61,734 nt of DNA from Phycisphaerae bacterium (GTDB taxonomy: Bacteria > Planctomycetota > Phycisphaerae > UBA1845 > PWPN01): positions 1-61,734 of the forward strand of contig JAFGKA010000213.1 in the NCBI GenBank assembly GCA_016928855.1, given 5' to 3'. The position numbers and the translations under genes were made by a program. Under the pieces are notes generated by a model, which worked only from the letters and a program-made list of their open reading frames with translations, ran no database searches and was not told where the DNA came from. Below are positions 57,534-61,734 of this stretch, one piece after another (position 1 is the stretch's first letter; each line of letters begins with the position of its first letter).

Positions 57534-57768
57534 GACAAGCTCCTTGAACGAAATGTGCTGGTGGAGTCTGCTTCGGTCTTCGCGATACGCAATCGTCCAC
57601 ACGGCTCGGGCCATAAAGGTTGCACTTACCGATTATCCGTCGCGTCGAATTATTTGAGGCTGCCGGGCCAACGTATGGACCTCGACACAACGGCAGTGAT
57701 CGTCCTGCCACGGCGACCGCCGGCACGCCTACACGGTCGGCCAAATCGGAAGCGTAAAGAAATCCAGA

Positions 57769-57900
57769 CAGCCACAAGAAACACAAGAATACACAAAAAG
57801 AAGAGGGCGGCGAGGGCAGGGAGGAAGAAGGGGCTGAACGGTGCCGTTGACTTTGGCTGGGCGAAGCCCTTTTCGTGCCTTTTTGCGTTCTTTGCGGCTA
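57769..57900. repeat. Inverted pair of ~30-bp intergenic repeat units
   Basis: CAGCCACAAGAAACACAAGAATACACAAAA (plus) and TAGCCGCAAAGAACGCAAAAAGGCACGAAA (minus); relatives at 44003-44033 and 58599-58629. Confidence 0.6.
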
Positions 57901-58076
57901 TTCTTCTTGGCTTCCGCAAGGTCGGACGCACGAGCCGGAGCCGCATGGGCCGATCGGCACATGGAAAACCCCTGCCGACCGGGCTGCGTGAATGATCGGC
58001 AGCCGGATCGGCAGGGGGCGCGTCGCGCTGCGGTGTCACGCCGGATGCGTGAGCGGGCGAGGAGGCGACGCCCGCG

Positions 58077-58358
58077 TCACGGCATCTGAGGCAGACCAAG
58101 GCTGCTGGTGTACCACGGGTCGGCCAGGCCGCCCCAGCTTGGCACGTTCTGCACACCGTAGCCCAGCGATGCCCAGTAGGAAGACGGGGACTCGGGTAGG
58201 CCCAGGCTGCTCGTGTAGCCCGGCATTGCCAGACCATCCCAGGTGGCCAGGTTGTAGGTCTCGTCGCAACCGGCGCTGCCGACCAGGGCTGCCAGAGCGA
58301 GGCCAAGAAGCACAACCGCTGTCGTTGATTTCGTGGTTTTTGAATGTGTGGCTCTCAT
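58077..58358 (-). CDS. Small putative lipoprotein with duplicated motif
   Basis: LVGSAGC lipobox-like; WxGLAxPxYTSSLGLP twice. Confidence 0.65.
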   Translation of the reverse strand: MRATHSKTTKSTTAVVLLGLALAALVGSAGCDETYNLATWDGLAMPGYTSSLGLPESPSSYWASLGYGVQNVPSWGGLADPWYTSSLGLPQMP

Positions 58359-58542
58359 GTCCAATCTCCTTGCCTTGATGACGCCTCAAATGCGTATCGG
58401 CTTCAGCTCTCCGAAAGGACTCCTAGCAAAGCGGATGCCATATCCGGACCCGGCGAAATCGGGTCGCCAGGGGCGTTTTCAGGCTGGAGGTGGGGACATT
58501 TGCCTGAAGTGGGTTACCCACTGGCGGACGGAAAGAGGGATT

Positions 58543-58574
58543 CGAACCGCGAATGAACGCGAATGGACACGAAT
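58543..58574 (+). repeat. 10-mer tandem repeat, inverse homolog of 38048-38079
   Basis: AACCGCGAATGAACGCGAATGGACACGAAT, 26/30 identical to the reverse complement of 38048-38077. Confidence 0.75.
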
Positions 58575-58699
58575 GGGGGAAATAACGAAGGCAAAGGACG
58601 GCCACGGCAAACACAAGAAGACGCGAGGAATGCCCTTCCCGGTCTGCCCAACAGACCTACGACAGTTGACCCGTGTAACCGGCTGCAGGGAATCGGGCT

Positions 58700-60145
58700 T
58701 CACACCCGTCTTCTGTGCATCAGCATGAGGCCGAAGAACACGATCGTGGCGGCCATGCCTGAGCCGCAGCCGCACGGCCCCGGTTGCACGCTGTTCGGAT
58801 CGTCGGGGCAACCGTCACATGCGTCGCCGACGCCGTCGCCGTCGCGGTCGGCCTGGTCGGCGTTGGACACTGCCGCACAGTTGTCGGCATCGTCCGCCAC
58901 GCCGTCACCGTCGGCATCACTGCCACCGGTACCGTCGTCGCCGGTCTCATCGCCGCCAGCCTCAACCGCTTGCCAGCATGCCCAGCGTCCGGCGGGTCCG
59001 CCGCCGGCGTAGGTGAAATCACCGCCCACATACAAGGCCCCGTCCAGTACGGCCATCGCACGCACCGTATCGTTCACGCCCGCTCCGAGATTGGACCAGC
59101 TTTGCGTCGCGGGATCCCAGCAGGCAACGCGAAACGCTTCGGTCCCGCCCGCGACGGCGAAGCTGCCTCCCGCGTACAGCTTGCCGTCCATCGTCGCGAG
59201 GGCGTTCACCTGTTCACTCATGCCGGCGCCGATGCCCGCCGCCAGAGCTGACCACGTCTGCGTAGCAGGGTCGAACGACGCAACGTTCGAGGCAGACACC
59301 TCACCAACAGACGTAAACCGGCCGCCGGCGTACAGCACGCCGTTGAGGAAGAGCATCGCGTTGATCTGTGAGGTCCCGGCTCCGCCCAGACCCGCCCCAA
59401 ACGTGGACCAGTCCAGCAAGACCGGATCCCACGTAACGATCCCGTACGAGTGGCTCTCGCCGTACGGCATGAGGAAGTCGCCGCCCGCATACAGCAGGCC
59501 GTCATCCACAGCGGCGAGGGCATACACATGATCTCCAGAGCCGGCCCCGGCCCACTGCTCATCCTGCAGCCGGAACCAGCTCATCGTGTCCGGATCCCAG
59601 TAGGTGACCCTGTCCACCTCTGTGGCACCGGCGTTGAAGAAATAGCCGCCCACGAACAGCTTGCCGTTTCGTACGGTCATCGCGTACACAGCGGCCGCGT
59701 CCGGCGCGAAGAACGATCCAGTCATGCCCGACGAGAAGGCCGACCAGCCTTGCGTGTCCGGGTCCCAGGAGGCGATGCGGTTAACGAGCGTTCCGCCGGC
59801 CGTGGTGAACTCGCCGCCTGCGATCAGCTTGCCGTTGAAGACCGTCAGGGCATACACGTTGGGATTGTCGCCACCCATGCCGGCCCCGAGCGCGGTCCAC
59901 GTCTGCGCGAGCGGATCCCAGCAGGCGATGTTGTTCACGACGGTCGTGCCTGCCGTGGTGAACCCGCCTCCGGCGTAGAGTCTGCCGTTGAAGGCGGCCA
60001 TGGCGTACACCGGACCGTCGAAACCCGGCAATTCCGCCGTCGGCAGCCACTCGTAACTCGCGGCTGAAAGGCGGCTCACCGCGGCCAGAAACACAAGACT
60101 ACTGATTACGAACGACGGGATGCACTTGTCTGATCTGGCATGCAT
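58700..60145 (-). CDS. Secreted beta-propeller repeat protein with thrombospondin type-3 repeats and C-terminal Cys-Gly/TM/basic tail
   Basis: About 7 LYAGGxF...WDP...W repeats; DGDGVAD..DNC....NADQADRDGDGVGDACD; GPCGCGSG-TM-RRR. Confidence 0.85.
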   Translation of the reverse strand: MHARSDKCIPSFVISSLVFLAAVSRLSAASYEWLPTAELPGFDGPVYAMAAFNGRLYAGGGFTTAGTTVVNNIACWDPLAQTWTALGAGMGGDNPNVYALTVFNGKLIAGGEFTTAGGTLVNRIASWDPDTQGWSAFSSGMTGSFFAPDAAAVYAMTVRNGKLFVGGYFFNAGATEVDRVTYWDPDTMSWFRLQDEQWAGAGSGDHVYALAAVDDGLLYAGGDFLMPYGESHSYGIVTWDPVLLDWSTFGAGLGGAGTSQINAMLFLNGVLYAGGRFTSVGEVSASNVASFDPATQTWSALAAGIGAGMSEQVNALATMDGKLYAGGSFAVAGGTEAFRVACWDPATQSWSNLGAGVNDTVRAMAVLDGALYVGGDFTYAGGGPAGRWACWQAVEAGGDETGDDGTGGSDADGDGVADDADNCAAVSNADQADRDGDGVGDACDGCPDDPNSVQPGPCGCGSGMAATIVFFGLMLMHRRRV

Positions 60146-60308
60146 GGCACGTACTCTCCATCTCGCCGAGCGAGATATGCGGGCCACCGCACCGGCCCGA
60201 CCGCTCAGGCTGCGCCGACATTATACCGTGCCGGACATGCGTCCACCCAGGCGAAGCTCAACTCATACGCAGACGGGAAGTGACCGCAGCACCGATGCCG
60301 CCGCACAC

Positions 60309-61734
60309 TCATTGGCACGCCATCTGGCGGTTGGGGCCGTTGAAGCAGGCCGCGAAGATGCCGAAGTCTGCCAGATCAACGTCGCCGTCGCAATCGAGGT
60401 CTGTGGCGCCGCAGCTTGGGTAGAATGGCGGGCGGTTCGGGCCGTTGAAACAGGCCTGAAATGTGCCGAAATCGGTCAGATCCACATCGTCGTCGCGGTC
60501 GAAGTCGGGCGTGGACGGCAGGATCGTCAGCGTCACGTCGATGGTCTGCGGCTCGATCGCCGTGCCGGGTGCCGAAACGCTGATCACGGCGGTGTGCGGA
60601 CCGCACTGCGACGGCAACGGCGCCGCGGCGCCGAACTGGACGGTGATGCTATCAGCGCCACAGGTCACAGACCCGGCCGCCGGGGTGACCGTCAACCAGT
60701 TCTCGCTGGTCGTAATTTCGTAATCGAGCCGAGTCATACCACCGGTCGTCACGGTGAAGCTCCGCTCGGCCACCCCCTCGGAGACGCTTCCCGCCGCGGT
60801 CAGCGAGGGTTCGCTCAGAAGGATCGGCGTGGCAGACCCGGTCGTCAGCGGATACTCGAAGCGATCCGGATGGCTCGTTTCCGCAAGATAGGCCGAGCCG
60901 AGCCAGAACATGCTCCCCGTCGTCCAGTTGGCCTGAACGTACTCGTCAAAGATCGGCCGCAGCCCGGGGTCGACGAAGCCCAGGTGTATCCACCGGAGGA
61001 TACCCGGAATATCCTCCGGCCCCGAAGCCGGAATGCCGTTGACGGTACCGAGGAAGCCGTCGGCGCCGAGGCTCAGGTAACGCACCGTGTTGGCGAAGCG
61101 CTGCATGTCAACCGCGTCAAACACGATGCCCGCACGGTAACACTGGAAAGCGAAATCGACGTTGATGCCCGCGTGGCCGACGTCCTCGTGCCAGGTCGAA
61201 AAGACCGAGTACAGCCACGTGTAGCGATCGTCGATCAGCGTGAGGCGCCTCTTGAAGAACCGCGCGAGACCCTCGGCCCGCGCCCGGTACTGCTCGTCAC
61301 CGGTAATCAGCCAGAGCATGACGAACGTGCGCCCGAGTGCGTTCTGCTGATTGAACGGCATCGGGTCATCCGGGTCCTCGCGCATGTAGCGGAAGTCGTA
61401 GTACTGCTCGCCCCGGTTCGGACCGTCGTGCACCTCCTCCTCGAACGCGGCGGTCATCTCGATGATGTCGGCAAGCCAGGCGTCCGCGTCGGCGCCATGC
61501 TCCGCCCGCAACGACGGGTCTCGATTGACCAGATAGATCCATCGCGCCAGGGGGAATGTGATCATCCCCTGATGCACGACCCAGGCGTGGTAGCCCAACT
61601 CGTGCCGCGGCGTGGCGATCCAGGCCGGCATCATCCGGTCGCGCGGCTCATCCAGCATGCCGATGCGATCCCCGCGATGCGGAAAGATCAACTCGGCGTG
61701 CGTCTTGACGACGTCGAGGTACTCCGGATCGCGC
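60309..61734 (-). CDS. Secreted protein (5' end outside window) with BACON-like and dockerin-like double EF-hand C-terminal modules
   Basis: Frame open to window end; ENWLTVTP..GS; DFDRDDDVDLTDFGTFQACFNGPNRP and a second copy. Confidence 0.75.
   Translation of the reverse strand, partial: RDPEYLDVVKTHAELIFPHRGDRIGMLDEPRDRMMPAWIATPRHELGYHAWVVHQGMITFPLARWIYLVNRDPSLRAEHGADADAWLADIIEMTAAFEEEVHDGPNRGEQYYDFRYMREDPDDPMPFNQQNALGRTFVMLWLITGDEQYRARAEGLARFFKRRLTLIDDRYTWLYSVFSTWHEDVGHAGINVDFAFQCYRAGIVFDAVDMQRFANTVRYLSLGADGFLGTVNGIPASGPEDIPGILRWIHLGFVDPGLRPIFDEYVQANWTTGSMFWLGSAYLAETSHPDRFEYPLTTGSATPILLSEPSLTAAGSVSEGVAERSFTVTTGGMTRLDYEITTSENWLTVTPAAGSVTCGADSITVQFGAAAPLPSQCGPHTAVISVSAPGTAIEPQTIDVTLTILPSTPDFDRDDDVDLTDFGTFQACFNGPNRPPFYPSCGATDLDCDGDVDLADFGIFAACFNGPNRQMACQ

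Noticed and set aside
408-60723. Numerous long antisense or overlapping ORFs in the track (e.g. 408-1292, 9744-10685, 27433-28524, 54363-55640)
   Set aside because: Shadow frames of well-supported genes in high-GC DNA with no motifs.
1-61734. tRNA, rRNA or CRISPR arrays
   Set aside because: None recognised by eye; a covariance-model scan was not possible.

Overview
High-GC bacterial DNA. PEP-CTERM proteins, dockerin-like double EF-hand tails and Tat-exported sugar enzymes suggest a Planctomycetota (Phycisphaerae-like) host; this is an inference. Most of the window is carbohydrate-use, ABC-transport and secreted-protein genes. The main result is a nested pair of mobile elements found by reading intergenic DNA. 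(1) An apparently intact 14,027-bp element (8202-22228) has 5'-CATC...GATG-3' inverted ends and a 5-bp GTACA target duplication. It encodes a Mu-type switch, a DDE transposase and MuB-like ATPase, a sigma-XRE fusion, and only three recognisable virion genes (HK97-family capsid, short tape-measure-like protein, prohead protease). No terminase or portal is recognisable, so it is a candidate transposable capsid-encoding phage satellite. (2) It has inserted 47 bp inside a 92%-identical copy of its own end. A second homologous end (70% over 120 ungapped bp) lies at 36535-36654. Together these outline a transposase-less element of similar size (about 14.5 kb) carrying a gene set that matches the transketolase-type sulfoglycolysis pathway, plus an hsdR scrap. 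All functional calls come from motif reading, not database searches.
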